DNA from: a virus
Reading direction: 5' to 3' (one strand)
Virus record (IMG/VR): IMGVR_UViG_3300009168_000041
Location: 23,601 to 87,600 of that record
DNA length: 64,000 bases
The stretch's first letter is position 1; each line of letters opens with the position of its first letter. The notes under the pieces were generated by a model. That model was not told where the DNA came from and searched no databases. It was given only the letters and a program-made list of their open reading frames with translations. Both the position numbers and the translations under genes were made by a program. This document shows positions 19,764-29,091 of the stretch, one piece after another.

Positions 19764-20363
19764 ATGGCTAGACTACGTGACTTCAACAACAGTGAAATCG
19801 TTATCGAGGTCGGCACCGACCGAAACAGCAATGTGCTGTTCACGCCGCTCGATACCGTGCTGCGGGGCCGCTGGGTGCGGTCTAACACGCGGCTGAGCTT
19901 CTCGCCCGACTCGGGCTACAACCAACTGCCAGACGTGCCCGGCATCTATGTGGCGCTGGACATCAAGAGCGGCACGCTTCGGGGCGTCGATCCGTTGTCC
20001 CTGGATGAAAACAAGGACTTGATGGCCAAGGTGGCGGCGGCGGCGTTACACGACCAGGGCCCAGTCGGGCCGTGGACGGAGATTAAGAAACGCGGCCTGT
20101 CGCCTACCAAGATCAAGAGCGCCTTGTGGCGGATGCACGAATTGGTCGAGGGCAATAAGGCCCGCGTTGTGCGTGGCGAGATGCCCAAGCCGCAAGATAT
20201 CCTCGCGATGGATGGTGAGCTTGAGCTTCGCACCGGGCCGATTCGCATCGTGGACGCCGATCCGGAAACCGGCAAGACGCTGACGGCGTTCGCAACGCCG
20301 CAAGAGTTGGATTCAATCAAGGCGAGCCTCGCGTCACGGGCGGGCGCGGGCGCGAGTGCCTGA
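19764..20363 (+). CDS. Hypothetical head-associated protein, paralog of 19251-19643
   Basis: EIVIE..FTPL...LRGR..PGIYVALD. Confidence 0.65.
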   Translation: MARLRDFNNSEIVIEVGTDRNSNVLFTPLDTVLRGRWVRSNTRLSFSPDSGYNQLPDVPGIYVALDIKSGTLRGVDPLSLDENKDLMAKVAAAALHDQGPVGPWTEIKKRGLSPTKIKSALWRMHELVEGNKARVVRGEMPKPQDILAMDGELELRTGPIRIVDADPETGKTLTAFATPQELDSIKASLASRAGAGASA

Positions 20364-20496
20364 GCAAGCACCATCGTCTCGCCCTCGATGGTCGCCGGCT
20401 GTGCCCGGCCGGGATGTTACCGGCCGGGCCCCGGCGTTTTTTCTAATGTGAAATGCTGGCGTGAAAGAAATACTAGCGTGAAATAGGAGAGTAGAG

Positions 20497-20709
20497 GTGG
20501 AACAGACGCTTTGTTGGTCGCCGCTAGAACCGCTGGCTGGAATGTCGGGGCCGTCGGGTATGCCGAGGCGGTCGAGCAATCCGTGTGAGAAGCAATGCCC
20601 GGAGTGCGGCGGGAACGGCCGAATCAAAATGCAGACGACCAAGGGGCTTGAGTACGAGTCGCGTTGTCCGGCGTGTAACGGGCGGGGGTATGGGTTTGCA
20701 ACGAAGTAA
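20497..20709 (+). CDS. Small DnaJ-type zinc-finger protein
   Basis: CPECGGNG...CPACNGRG. Confidence 0.6.
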   Translation: MEQTLCWSPLEPLAGMSGPSGMPRRSSNPCEKQCPECGGNGRIKMQTTKGLEYESRCPACNGRGYGFATK

Positions 20710-20813
20710 CTGCTTTCGCATTGCTCAATAGCAACGGCGATGCAGTGGTCGAAACCCTGGCTGGAATGGCATTAGACAATAACAGACGAGGCTACCAGTG
20801 GGAGGGTGGCCGC

Positions 20814-21269
20814 ATGAGAATGCAAACCATGACAAAACTGGCGTTGATGGGATTTCTGGGGTTCTGCGCACTACTATCTGGCAGCGCTACATGGATGACG
20901 GTGTTCGCACAGGCCCCGACTCCAGCCCCAACACAAACTGATCCCCTCACGGATCACATCTTCACGCCGATGATGCAGCTTGGATTCGCGATGGCGTTCG
21001 TCATGGCGATGGGCTTCCTTTGGTGGCTCATGCGGGCGCGTCGTGACGACTGGAATTCGTGGCACCAGAGCGATCTGGGCCTGATGAATAAGATGACCGA
21101 TGTGATCGTGAAAAACACGGAGGCTAACGTCAGTCACACGAGTTCAACTCTGGAGCTTGCCCGTCGGCTTGCCGAGTTCGGCGCGGTGCTTCAGGAACTG
21201 AATAAGGAACTGCTGTCTCGGCCGTGCTTGTTGCCGCAGAGTCATTCAGTAAGGCGTGGCGAGGAATAG
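20814..21269 (+). CDS. Membrane protein, holin-like candidate
   Basis: Two hydrophobic helices and a coiled-coil C-terminus. Confidence 0.5.
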   Translation: MRMQTMTKLALMGFLGFCALLSGSATWMTVFAQAPTPAPTQTDPLTDHIFTPMMQLGFAMAFVMAMGFLWWLMRARRDDWNSWHQSDLGLMNKMTDVIVKNTEANVSHTSSTLELARRLAEFGAVLQELNKELLSRPCLLPQSHSVRRGEE

Positions 21270-21285
21270 TAGAGGGCAATAGGAC

Positions 21286-22056
21286 GTGATTGTTTCCGAC
21301 ACTGACGCAATTGCTTACTGCGGGTGCGACTCGGGCGACCCCGTATTGCCGATGCTCCACCTTGGCGTGGAGAAGGCTATCAAGCAGTTCCTTCGATGGA
21401 ACCCAGTCTATACGTCCTACACGGAATACTACCCGAAGGGCGAGCCGGGCGGGGCCGATGATGAGTTTGTCGAAAACTATGGCAGCATCCCGCGGCGCGG
21501 CGGCGTCGGGGACACGCTCCAATTGCAGCAGAAGTTCGTCCGCAAGACGCCCATGCGGGTATTCGAGCAATCGGGGGCGTGGTTTGGACAGGCTACCGAT
21601 GCCGACTTTGATGCCAACGAACTCACCTACGGTGAGCAATGGGTATTAGAGTTGGATGACGAAAGCGGCATGGTCAGCCGCTCTGGCAAGATCATTCGCG
21701 TCGGGCGGCAGCAGTGGCCGAAGAGCCGCGGGTCAGTGAAGGTGGTTTACGTGGCCGGGTTCAGCGACAACGAATTCAAGGGTACGACGGGCGGCGACGA
21801 TTACACAGACGCCAGCGATATCCGGCTGGCTGTCTTGAATACGCTTGGCAAGTGCTACAACGAAGCCAAGATGCACCAGTACCGGCAGAGCACCGGGCGG
21901 CCGGGCGGCCTGGTGGCAAGTGAGTCGATCCCCGGTTACTCGTATTCGATGCCGGCCGACGTGGCAATGGCGATGGCCGGCAACTTGCGAGTGCTGACGC
22001 CGCTAGCAATGGACCTATTGCAGCCGTACCGGCGGTATGGGGATTTGCTGGGGTAA
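21286..22056 (+). CDS. Head-tail adaptor/connector
   Basis: Position; VKVVYVAGF, IRLAVL, SESIPGYSYS, LLQPYRR. Confidence 0.8.
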   Translation: MIVSDTDAIAYCGCDSGDPVLPMLHLGVEKAIKQFLRWNPVYTSYTEYYPKGEPGGADDEFVENYGSIPRRGGVGDTLQLQQKFVRKTPMRVFEQSGAWFGQATDADFDANELTYGEQWVLELDDESGMVSRSGKIIRVGRQQWPKSRGSVKVVYVAGFSDNEFKGTTGGDDYTDASDIRLAVLNTLGKCYNEAKMHQYRQSTGRPGGLVASESIPGYSYSMPADVAMAMAGNLRVLTPLAMDLLQPYRRYGDLLG

Positions 22057-22102
22057 GACAAAGCTTTTAGGTGGTGGCTGGTTGTGACTGAGTGAGCAAA
22101 CC

Positions 22103-22447
22103 ATGAGCCTCGAATCACTCTGCGAACGTGACGAGATTGTCGTGTTCACCACCACGACCGCGCAAGACGACATGATGAGCAACGTGGACTCGAAATCGTC
22201 CAAACGCCGTAAGTTGAAGTGCCGCATGACGCAAGTGGCCCGCGACGCCGAGAACAACCACGATATGCCGATGATGTCGGAAGTCTACAACGCGATGTTT
22301 GCGGGCGACCCGAAAATCACGATTAACGATACCGTCGTGTACGACAACAAGGTATTCAGCGTCGAGGCGGCCGGCAACAGTGCCGAGCAAAGCTGGCTCT
22401 GGACGGTGCAATTGGCCCATAAACCCGGATTGCAGATTGATGTGTGA
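22103..22447 (+). CDS. Head closure (stopper) protein
   Basis: Position, 114 aa, beta-rich, ITINDTVVYDNKVFSV. Confidence 0.65.
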   Translation: MSLESLCERDEIVVFTTTTAQDDMMSNVDSKSSKRRKLKCRMTQVARDAENNHDMPMMSEVYNAMFAGDPKITINDTVVYDNKVFSVEAAGNSAEQSWLWTVQLAHKPGLQIDV

Positions 22448-22458
22448 GAACGTGAACA

Positions 22459-23343
22459 GTGGCCAACATCGTATGGCATGGTGCGGCAGTACAGAAAGAG
22501 TTGCGGCAACTCGCGTGGAAGCGGGTGCGGGCGGCCGGTGCGTATTTGAAGGCCAAAACGCAACGGAACGTCAGCATCCCGACCAAGGCGTATGGGCCGT
22601 CGAAGCCGGGCGAGTTTCCGCACGTCATTACCGGAACGTTGCGACGGTCGATTTTCCTTCGCAATCGCCAAGACGCTATTGCGGTGGATGTTGGGACGAA
22701 ATTGAGCTACGGCATTCATTGGGAGGTGACCAACCGGCCGTATATCCGTCGGACGATGGCGGAAGAACTGGCCACGATTCGCGGGATCCTCGATGGAACC
22801 GTGACGCGGACGATTGAGGATGTGCGGGCCGAAGCGGCGGAGATGAAAGAGGCCCACGCGGCGGCCAAACAGCGAATCCAAGAGAAGCGAGAAGCAAAAC
22901 GGGCCCAAAAGAAAGAGAAGAAGTGGGCCCGCCGCGTGCGAGCCAAGACGGAAAAGGCCATGAAAAGGACGGCTGTCAAGGCTAGGCAGAAGAAGCGGGC
23001 CGAAAAAGAGAAGGCCGAAAAGCGATCTAAAGTGAGGGCGAAGAAGGTGAAAACACTGAGGCGGCGGGACAAGGAGCGGGCAGCGAAGCAAGAGAAACGG
23101 GAACGGGCAACCGTAAAACGCATTGCCAAACAGGCCAAGGCGGAAGCACGAAAGGCAACGGCCATTATCAAGGCTCGATTCAAGCCAGCAACCAAAGCGT
23201 CGCTGGCACGATCGCTGAAAGAAGCCAAGGCCAAATCTCTTGCTAAAGCGGTCAGCAAGGCGGCAACCGCAGCCAAGGGGGCCATTGCAATGGGACAAGC
23301 CATCGGGCAGGCAAAGGGTGGAACACAGCAAGAATCTCAATAG
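22459..23343 (+). CDS. HK97 gp10-like tail completion protein with long Lys/Arg/Ala-rich extension
   Basis: SKPGEFPHVITGTLRRSI, VGTKLSYG..E...RPYIR. Confidence 0.75.
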   Translation: MANIVWHGAAVQKELRQLAWKRVRAAGAYLKAKTQRNVSIPTKAYGPSKPGEFPHVITGTLRRSIFLRNRQDAIAVDVGTKLSYGIHWEVTNRPYIRRTMAEELATIRGILDGTVTRTIEDVRAEAAEMKEAHAAAKQRIQEKREAKRAQKKEKKWARRVRAKTEKAMKRTAVKARQKKRAEKEKAEKRSKVRAKKVKTLRRRDKERAAKQEKRERATVKRIAKQAKAEARKATAIIKARFKPATKASLARSLKEAKAKSLAKAVSKAATAAKGAIAMGQAIGQAKGGTQQESQ

Positions 23344-23410
23344 GAGTCACCGCTAACTGAACAGGGCCCGCCACCGGGCCTGATTACGTAGCGACCTTCG
23401 GAGCCGCGAC

Positions 23411-23854
23411 ATGTTGGGCGAATTGCTCAAGGCCATCAAGATACGGTGGACCGCTAAAGGTCTAGCATCGACGTTTCCCGGCGGAATTTCCGAGGGGACG
23501 CCGGTGCCGGGGTCCGCAACATCGTGGCCGTTCGTTACCGTGAACATCTTGGGTTCGTCCAACACCGGCCGCCGCACCTCCTCGAACTCCACTCAATTCA
23601 ACCAGGAAGAGACTGTCACCGTCGAATTGATAGTCCATTCTCGCGGCGGGCTCTCTGCCGCTTCCACGCTATCCGAAGCGCTCAAGACGGCATTCGACAA
23701 TGCCGTCATGACGTTGGCTAGTGGCGTGACACTCTGCAAATTCTGGTACCAGGGCGAGATGGTCGTGGACGATCCGGACCACGCGAACGTGAAGGACTGG
23801 TCGATCACCTACCAGGCAGTTTTGGAACAAGCCAAGACGCTGGTGAATACATAG
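23411..23854 (+). CDS. Tail terminator protein
   Basis: Position, 147 aa, WPFVTV, LKTAFD. Confidence 0.65.
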   Translation: MLGELLKAIKIRWTAKGLASTFPGGISEGTPVPGSATSWPFVTVNILGSSNTGRRTSSNSTQFNQEETVTVELIVHSRGGLSAASTLSEALKTAFDNAVMTLASGVTLCKFWYQGEMVVDDPDHANVKDWSITYQAVLEQAKTLVNT

Positions 23855-23865
23855 GAGCCTGCCGC

Positions 23866-24594
23866 ATGGCCACCAACCTATCCGCCACTGTGACCGGGGG
23901 TATCAATTACTCGTACACCAAATCGGACACGCTCAACGCCGTTTCCGAAGCGTTGAGCATGAACACGGCCAATTCCTATGCGTTCGGCAAGGGGTCCAGT
24001 AAGGCAGAGATCATCTATCGCGCCCGCGTCACAGTCACGACGGGCAGCCCCAACCAGGATATCACGCTCTATGGCGTACTGGCCGACGTGTTCGGCGATG
24101 ACGTGGATATCGAGGTTTTGCGCGGCATCTACATCCACAATCGAAGCACGACGGCCGGCGACAATATCTATGTCGGGCCGCTCGGGGTGAGCAACCCGCT
24201 CTTGGGGCCGTGGATTGACGCTGATGGGAACAACAAAGTGGGGCCGGGCGGTACGCTTCTGCTTGACAATCCGCTCGATGGGTACGCCCTGGAAAACGAC
24301 GCCGATACGATCCGCATTCAGTATCAGGGCACCTCTGGCAGTATCGACGTGGATGTCTGCTTCCTTGGAAACGAAGGCGACTTTGTTTCCTCGTCTTCTT
24401 CGTCTACGTCCAGCAGCAGCAGCAAGTCCGTCAGTTCCTCTTCCACGTCGAGTACAAACAGCAATTCGTCAAGCTCGACTTCAAGCAGTACGTCTAGCAA
24501 GTCCACCCGAAGCTCGTCTAGCTCGCAATCGGCGTCTAAGTCGTCGTCGTCAACCAGCAATAGCAGCAGTTCCGAAAGTTCGGTCGAGGCGTAG
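23866..24594 (+). CDS. Virion protein family X member 1, with Ser-rich tail
   Basis: NRSTTAGD, GPGG.L..DNPLDGY, IRIQYQG; ~65-aa S/T tail. Confidence 0.7.
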   Translation: MATNLSATVTGGINYSYTKSDTLNAVSEALSMNTANSYAFGKGSSKAEIIYRARVTVTTGSPNQDITLYGVLADVFGDDVDIEVLRGIYIHNRSTTAGDNIYVGPLGVSNPLLGPWIDADGNNKVGPGGTLLLDNPLDGYALENDADTIRIQYQGTSGSIDVDVCFLGNEGDFVSSSSSSTSSSSSKSVSSSSTSSTNSNSSSSTSSSTSSKSTRSSSSSQSASKSSSSTSNSSSSESSVEA

Positions 24595-24623
24595 TAGAGT
24601 CGTAAACCACACAAGAACCGGGT

Positions 24624-25136
24624 ATGTCCAACACCCTTGAAGCGACGGTCACTTGCGGGGCTCAATGGAGCTTTGAGCGGTCTGATGATATCGGAACCGC
24701 CAGGGACGCAAGCAGCGTGTCGCAAACCACGGAATATGCCAATGGCGAAGACGCCAGCCAAGCGACTGTCATTTTTCGCGACCGCCTCACGCTTACCCTG
24801 GCTGACACAACTCACGACATCGACTTGAAAACAGCCATAGATATCTACGGCGATGCCTGTGCTATGACGAGTGTGCGGGCGATTTACCTGAAAAACCGCA
24901 GTGCCGTCTCTGGCGATTGGGTGCGAATCGGGCCGCAGAGTGCCGCTAATGCACTCGCGAAGCCGTGGGGGTTCGTTGCCGCCGGATACAACCGGATTGG
25001 ATGCGGGGCAGTATTCTGCTTGAACGACCCAATCGACGGGTTCCCGGTAACTGATACTGCCAAGGTGGTTCGTATCAAGCATGATGGCGCGTCTTACTCC
25101 CTGGTTGTGGACATTGCAATCGTGGGGGTGCGGTAA
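24624..25136 (+). CDS. Virion protein family X member 2 (no Ser tail)
   Basis: DIYGD, NRSAVSGD, PW, DPIDGF. Confidence 0.7.
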   Translation: MSNTLEATVTCGAQWSFERSDDIGTARDASSVSQTTEYANGEDASQATVIFRDRLTLTLADTTHDIDLKTAIDIYGDACAMTSVRAIYLKNRSAVSGDWVRIGPQSAANALAKPWGFVAAGYNRIGCGAVFCLNDPIDGFPVTDTAKVVRIKHDGASYSLVVDIAIVGVR

Positions 25137-26200
25137 TGGCTGTTACCAAAAATCTTAACGCGACAACGACGGGCGGCGTCAAGTGGACGTTCTCAAAAGC
25201 CCAGGGGCTAGAGACGGCATCGGAAACCGTAACCTACTTCGGTGGCAGTACGCTCATTGGGGCGGGGCAAGTTTATACCGCCGACGTGACGCTGACGGAC
25301 GCCTCAATCAATCTGGATGTCGTATTGACCGGCGTTGGCGCACCGGATGATATCTACGGCGATGTGTTGGCGTTCAACCAGCTTATGGCCCTGGTTGTGT
25401 GGAATCGCTCGACCACGCCCGGGGATATGCTCAAGGTGGGGCCGATTCTCGCGTCCAATCCGCTGACAGAGCCGTGGGCCACATCCGATGGCATGAATGC
25501 AATCGGCCCCGGCGGCTCTCTCGTTATCGACAATCCGCTGGACGGGTACGACGTGGCGGCCGGAACGTCGGTTATTCGCATTCAGTACCAAGGTGTCAGC
25601 GGCTCGATTCGCGTCGGCGTGGCGGTCATCGGCTCAATTTCGACAGAGCTTGAGGAATCCAGTTCGTCGTCTGTCTCGTCATCGTCGAGTACCAGCACAT
25701 CGTCCGCGTCTTCTAGCAGCACGAGTTCCTCGTCTACTAGTTCGTCCAGCACAAGCAGCACGCTTCATATTCCGGAATCGAGTTCGTCATACTCGACGCT
25801 CTCGGACGTTAGTGAAAGCAGCAGCAGTACGGCCGGTGCTTCCTGGTCGTCATCGTCAAGTAGCTCATCGAAGTCGGTATCCAGTTCTTCAACTTCATCG
25901 TCCAGCACGGCAGAAGCAAGCTGGTCGTCTTCGTCTACTTCGGCAAGTTCTGCTTCTAGCTCGTCATCGTCTTCTGAGTCGCTGTCAAGTAAGAGCAGTA
26001 TGTCATCGTCGGCGTCAACGAGCAGCACGGCCCAGCAATCGTGGTCCAGTTCATCGAGCACCGGTCTTGAAAAATCAAGCAGTTCTCAGTCCAACACTAT
26101 GTCGGCATCCACTGCTACAAGTACATCGACAGAGGCACAGTGGTTCTATTCGTCGTCGTCGAGTCAATCCACAACGAGTACCTCGTCACCACCACCCTAA
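25136..26200 (+). CDS. Virion protein family X member 3, with ~180-aa Ser-rich tail
   Basis: DIYGD, NRSTTPGD, GPGGSLVIDNPLDGY, IRIQYQG; S/T tail. Confidence 0.7.
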   Translation: MAVTKNLNATTTGGVKWTFSKAQGLETASETVTYFGGSTLIGAGQVYTADVTLTDASINLDVVLTGVGAPDDIYGDVLAFNQLMALVVWNRSTTPGDMLKVGPILASNPLTEPWATSDGMNAIGPGGSLVIDNPLDGYDVAAGTSVIRIQYQGVSGSIRVGVAVIGSISTELEESSSSSVSSSSSTSTSSASSSSTSSSSTSSSSTSSTLHIPESSSSYSTLSDVSESSSSTAGASWSSSSSSSSKSVSSSSTSSSSTAEASWSSSSTSASSASSSSSSSESLSSKSSMSSSASTSSTAQQSWSSSSSTGLEKSSSSQSNTMSASTATSTSTEAQWFYSSSSSQSTTSTSSPPP

Positions 26201-26282
26201 TCAATAAACCGTAAACACATATCGAGGGCGCGGAAAGCTGGTGCGGTGCAATGCGTTTCTCAAGCAATAAGGAGCCACCGCA

Positions 26283-26675
26283 ATGGCTGCATACAGTGGA
26301 CAGAACGGAAAGGTCTTGGCCGGTGCCGTAACGCTTGCCGAGATCACCAAATGGACCTTCGACCCGAAGGCCAACATCAGCAAATGGGCGTCCAGCACAA
26401 CGCCCGGTTACAAGAAGGCCGTAGCCGGCGTCAAGGACGGGGCCGGCGGGTTCGACTTCAAGGTCGATAACACCGTGGCACCATACTTGGAGAGCCAGGG
26501 GGTCAAGGAAGGGGACAGCGTGACCTTGAACCTGTATCTCGATGCCACGCGATACTTCATCGTGCCGGCCTACATCGAGTCGCACCACTACGAAGTGGAT
26601 ATGGATGAGGGGCCGGTCGTTTCCGGCTCGGCGACATTCACCACGAATGGCGCTTGGACGCCCCCGACAACCTGA
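26283..26675 (+). CDS. Tail tube (major tail) protein
   Basis: YSGQNGKV, ITKWTF, GVKD..G.F, SATFTTNG; precedes the chaperone and tape measure. Confidence 0.75.
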   Translation: MAAYSGQNGKVLAGAVTLAEITKWTFDPKANISKWASSTTPGYKKAVAGVKDGAGGFDFKVDNTVAPYLESQGVKEGDSVTLNLYLDATRYFIVPAYIESHHYEVDMDEGPVVSGSATFTTNGAWTPPTT

Positions 26676-26714
26676 TATTACTAACCTAACACCATGACAA
26701 AAAGGACGTAACCA

Positions 26715-27257
26715 ATGGATGGATTAGGGCGAGCGATCGGCGCGGGTGTGCCAATTCAGTTCAGTGGCGAGACTCTGATTCTCGATCCCGTGACGGTCAG
26801 CGACTTTGGCCTTATCGAGCAAGAGCTTTTGTCGCGTCGGCCAAACCCAATGGACCTGACCAGGAAGGAGGCCCAGGCGTTCATTTTGGACGCGGCCAAA
26901 CTTGGAAGTAGTGCCGAAGATGAATTTCTGCGCAAGCAGTACATTGCTATGGCAGAAAAGATCATGGCTGACGGCATGGCGGCGGCTCGCAAAGCGAATG
27001 GAATTAAGCCGACAGAGGTGGCCGAGTGGCTCGATACGTTCGACGGGGTTCAGTTCACCCTCTGGCTGAAGCTCGACCAGCGGTATCCAGACCGGTTCTT
27101 CACGCTCGACAAAATCAAGGAGGTCATGCAGTCGATGCAGGAGGATGAAATCGAGCGGCTGAAGAAGCTTCGCGACCAGGCGAGCGGGCTCGACGAACTG
27201 GGAAACTCGACTGGCCCGACCTCCAAGGCTCCGGGGGCCGGGCAAACTGGCGTCTGA
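26715..27257 (+). CDS. Tail assembly chaperone (G)
   Basis: Lies between tube and tape measure; ends with L-G-N slippery site. Confidence 0.8.
   Translation: MDGLGRAIGAGVPIQFSGETLILDPVTVSDFGLIEQELLSRRPNPMDLTRKEAQAFILDAAKLGSSAEDEFLRKQYIAMAEKIMADGMAAARKANGIKPTEVAEWLDTFDGVQFTLWLKLDQRYPDRFFTLDKIKEVMQSMQEDEIERLKKLRDQASGLDELGNSTGPTSKAPGAGQTGV
27200..27206 (+). other. Programmed -1 frameshift site G GGA AAC
   Basis: In-frame X XXY YYZ heptamer; the -1 frame is open through 27499. Confidence 0.85.
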
Positions 27258-27499
27258 TACTGCGGGAATTGGCCGAATGCGATGGCCACTATGACGCAGA
27301 AACGGTAGGCAAGTGGACGTGGTATCAATTCCGCATGTACACCTGCGATAAGAAGATGCTGCGAGGCAACAAGATGGAATTCGACAGTCTTGAGGCGGCA
27401 CGGGAAGCCGTTGAAAAGATGAAGGCAGAGCGGCTGCAAAAGTTTGACCGGCCGGAGAGCCAATCCGAGGGTGAGGGTAAGTGTGAGGGTGCGTCATGA
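27200..27499 (+). CDS. Tail assembly chaperone frameshift extension (GT)
   Basis: -1 frame reads GKLDWPDLQG..NWRLILRELAEC..VGKWTWYQ. Confidence 0.75.
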   Translation, partial: GKLDWPDLQGSGGRANWRLILRELAECDGHYDAETVGKWTWYQFRMYTCDKKMLRGNKMEFDSLEAAREAVEKMKAERLQKFDRPESQSEGEGKCEGAS

Positions 27500-29091
27500 C
27501 TGCCCTGGCTGAAGCCTACGTAACGATCCGCGCAGACGATGCCCGACTGCCTGGCGAACTGAATAAGGTTCAGTCGATGTTTGGCCGGGCGGCCGACAAC
27601 ATCGCGGCCAAGTTTGCCATGACGGGCTATGTGTTCCGGAGGTTAGTGGACGTTGGAAAGGAATTTGCCCATGCCGTGGCTTCCGAGGAGGAAGAGGCGT
27701 CCAAGTTCGCGGCCATCGTGGACGCGAGCGGGCGCGGCGAGTATTTCCGGCAAATGGTATCGCGGTTTGGCGAGGCGAGCGAAGCGGCCACCGCATTCAG
27801 CAGCGACGCTGTGCGGGCCGCGGCCACGGCGATCGCGTCATTTCAGACGCTTGGCGATGACACGCTCGGACAGGTACTAAAGGCATCGCGGGATGTGACG
27901 GCGTTGTTCGGCGGCGACTTCGCGATGAATGCTCGCACGTTAGCGATGGTGCTGGAGCGGCCGGAAATGGCGAACCGGCGGCTGCGGTCAATGAAAATCA
28001 GTCTGACGGCGGCGGAGCAGCAGTACATCAAGACGCTCATGGAATCGGGGCGGCTTGCCGAGGCCCAGGCGGCGGTCATGGAGGTAGTGACGCGCAAGAC
28101 AGCCAACGGTGCCGAGAGAATGGCGGGGACGCTGGTGTCATTGTGGAGGCGGGTACGGATACAGGTGGAGGAAACCGCTGAGTCGATTGGCGTCAAGATG
28201 GCGGATTCGCTGAAAGCGGCAGCAAACGCGGCGATTGACTTTATGAAGAGCGTTCGCTGGTTGGTTGAAGGCGATACGCTGGTAGGCAAGTTGACGATGG
28301 TTGCGGCAAAGTTCCTTGCGTTGGGTATGGCCGTCAACGTCGTGGCGGCCGTCTGGGTATCCGTTCGGTCGATTTTGTTCGGCACCATGCCGTGGTGGAT
28401 GTGGCTGGCTGCCGGAATCACGGCGGTGGTGACAAGCCTTTTCGATATGAAGGACATTTTGGGGGCAATCCAAAACCCGTGGGTTTTGTGGATCGCAGGA
28501 CTGACGGCGGCGGTACTTGTGTTGCCGAAATTGATTCGACTGATGAAGGAATTGTATGTTGCCATTGTGGCTGTTGGTTGGTCGATCAAAACGGCAGGGT
28601 GGGGAGCATTGCTCGGGGCGTCGGCTTCGGCAGGCGTTGTTGGTGGCGTAGTCGGCGGCGGCATCTTAGCGGCAGGTGGCTTAAAGTCGCTATACGAAAA
28701 GATGGTAGGAGCAAATACGGAAGAGATGACCCCAGACGTGGCTTCCAGGTTCAGAAAACAAGGCGGCGTATTTGGATACCTTCTAGGGCCAGAACCAAGC
28801 GGAGACACCAGTAAGGGCACTGTGATATCCAAGTGGATTGCGGATGCATTCGGACAGATATCAGGTCTTGCGTCTAAAGCATTTCCTGGAATTGGCGGCG
28901 GTGCCGGAGGGGCATCCAAGGGGGTTGGGTTCGTAGACGTTGTTCAGTGGTCCAGCCAATTTCAAGAGGCCATTCTAAAGAAAAGCGACCCTGTAGTCGG
29001 TGCCATAGAAGACAACACATCGGCTACGCGAGACGTTGAAACCGCAGTCAATCGTATGCGAGGGGATATGGGGGGAGGAACCTATCCGTGA
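27496..29091 (+). CDS. Tape measure protein (short, 531 aa)
   Basis: LAEAYVTIRAD start; Ala-rich helices; hydrophobic central region. Confidence 0.85.
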   Translation: MTALAEAYVTIRADDARLPGELNKVQSMFGRAADNIAAKFAMTGYVFRRLVDVGKEFAHAVASEEEEASKFAAIVDASGRGEYFRQMVSRFGEASEAATAFSSDAVRAAATAIASFQTLGDDTLGQVLKASRDVTALFGGDFAMNARTLAMVLERPEMANRRLRSMKISLTAAEQQYIKTLMESGRLAEAQAAVMEVVTRKTANGAERMAGTLVSLWRRVRIQVEETAESIGVKMADSLKAAANAAIDFMKSVRWLVEGDTLVGKLTMVAAKFLALGMAVNVVAAVWVSVRSILFGTMPWWMWLAAGITAVVTSLFDMKDILGAIQNPWVLWIAGLTAAVLVLPKLIRLMKELYVAIVAVGWSIKTAGWGALLGASASAGVVGGVVGGGILAAGGLKSLYEKMVGANTEEMTPDVASRFRKQGGVFGYLLGPEPSGDTSKGTVISKWIADAFGQISGLASKAFPGIGGGAGGASKGVGFVDVVQWSSQFQEAILKKSDPVVGAIEDNTSATRDVETAVNRMRGDMGGGTYP

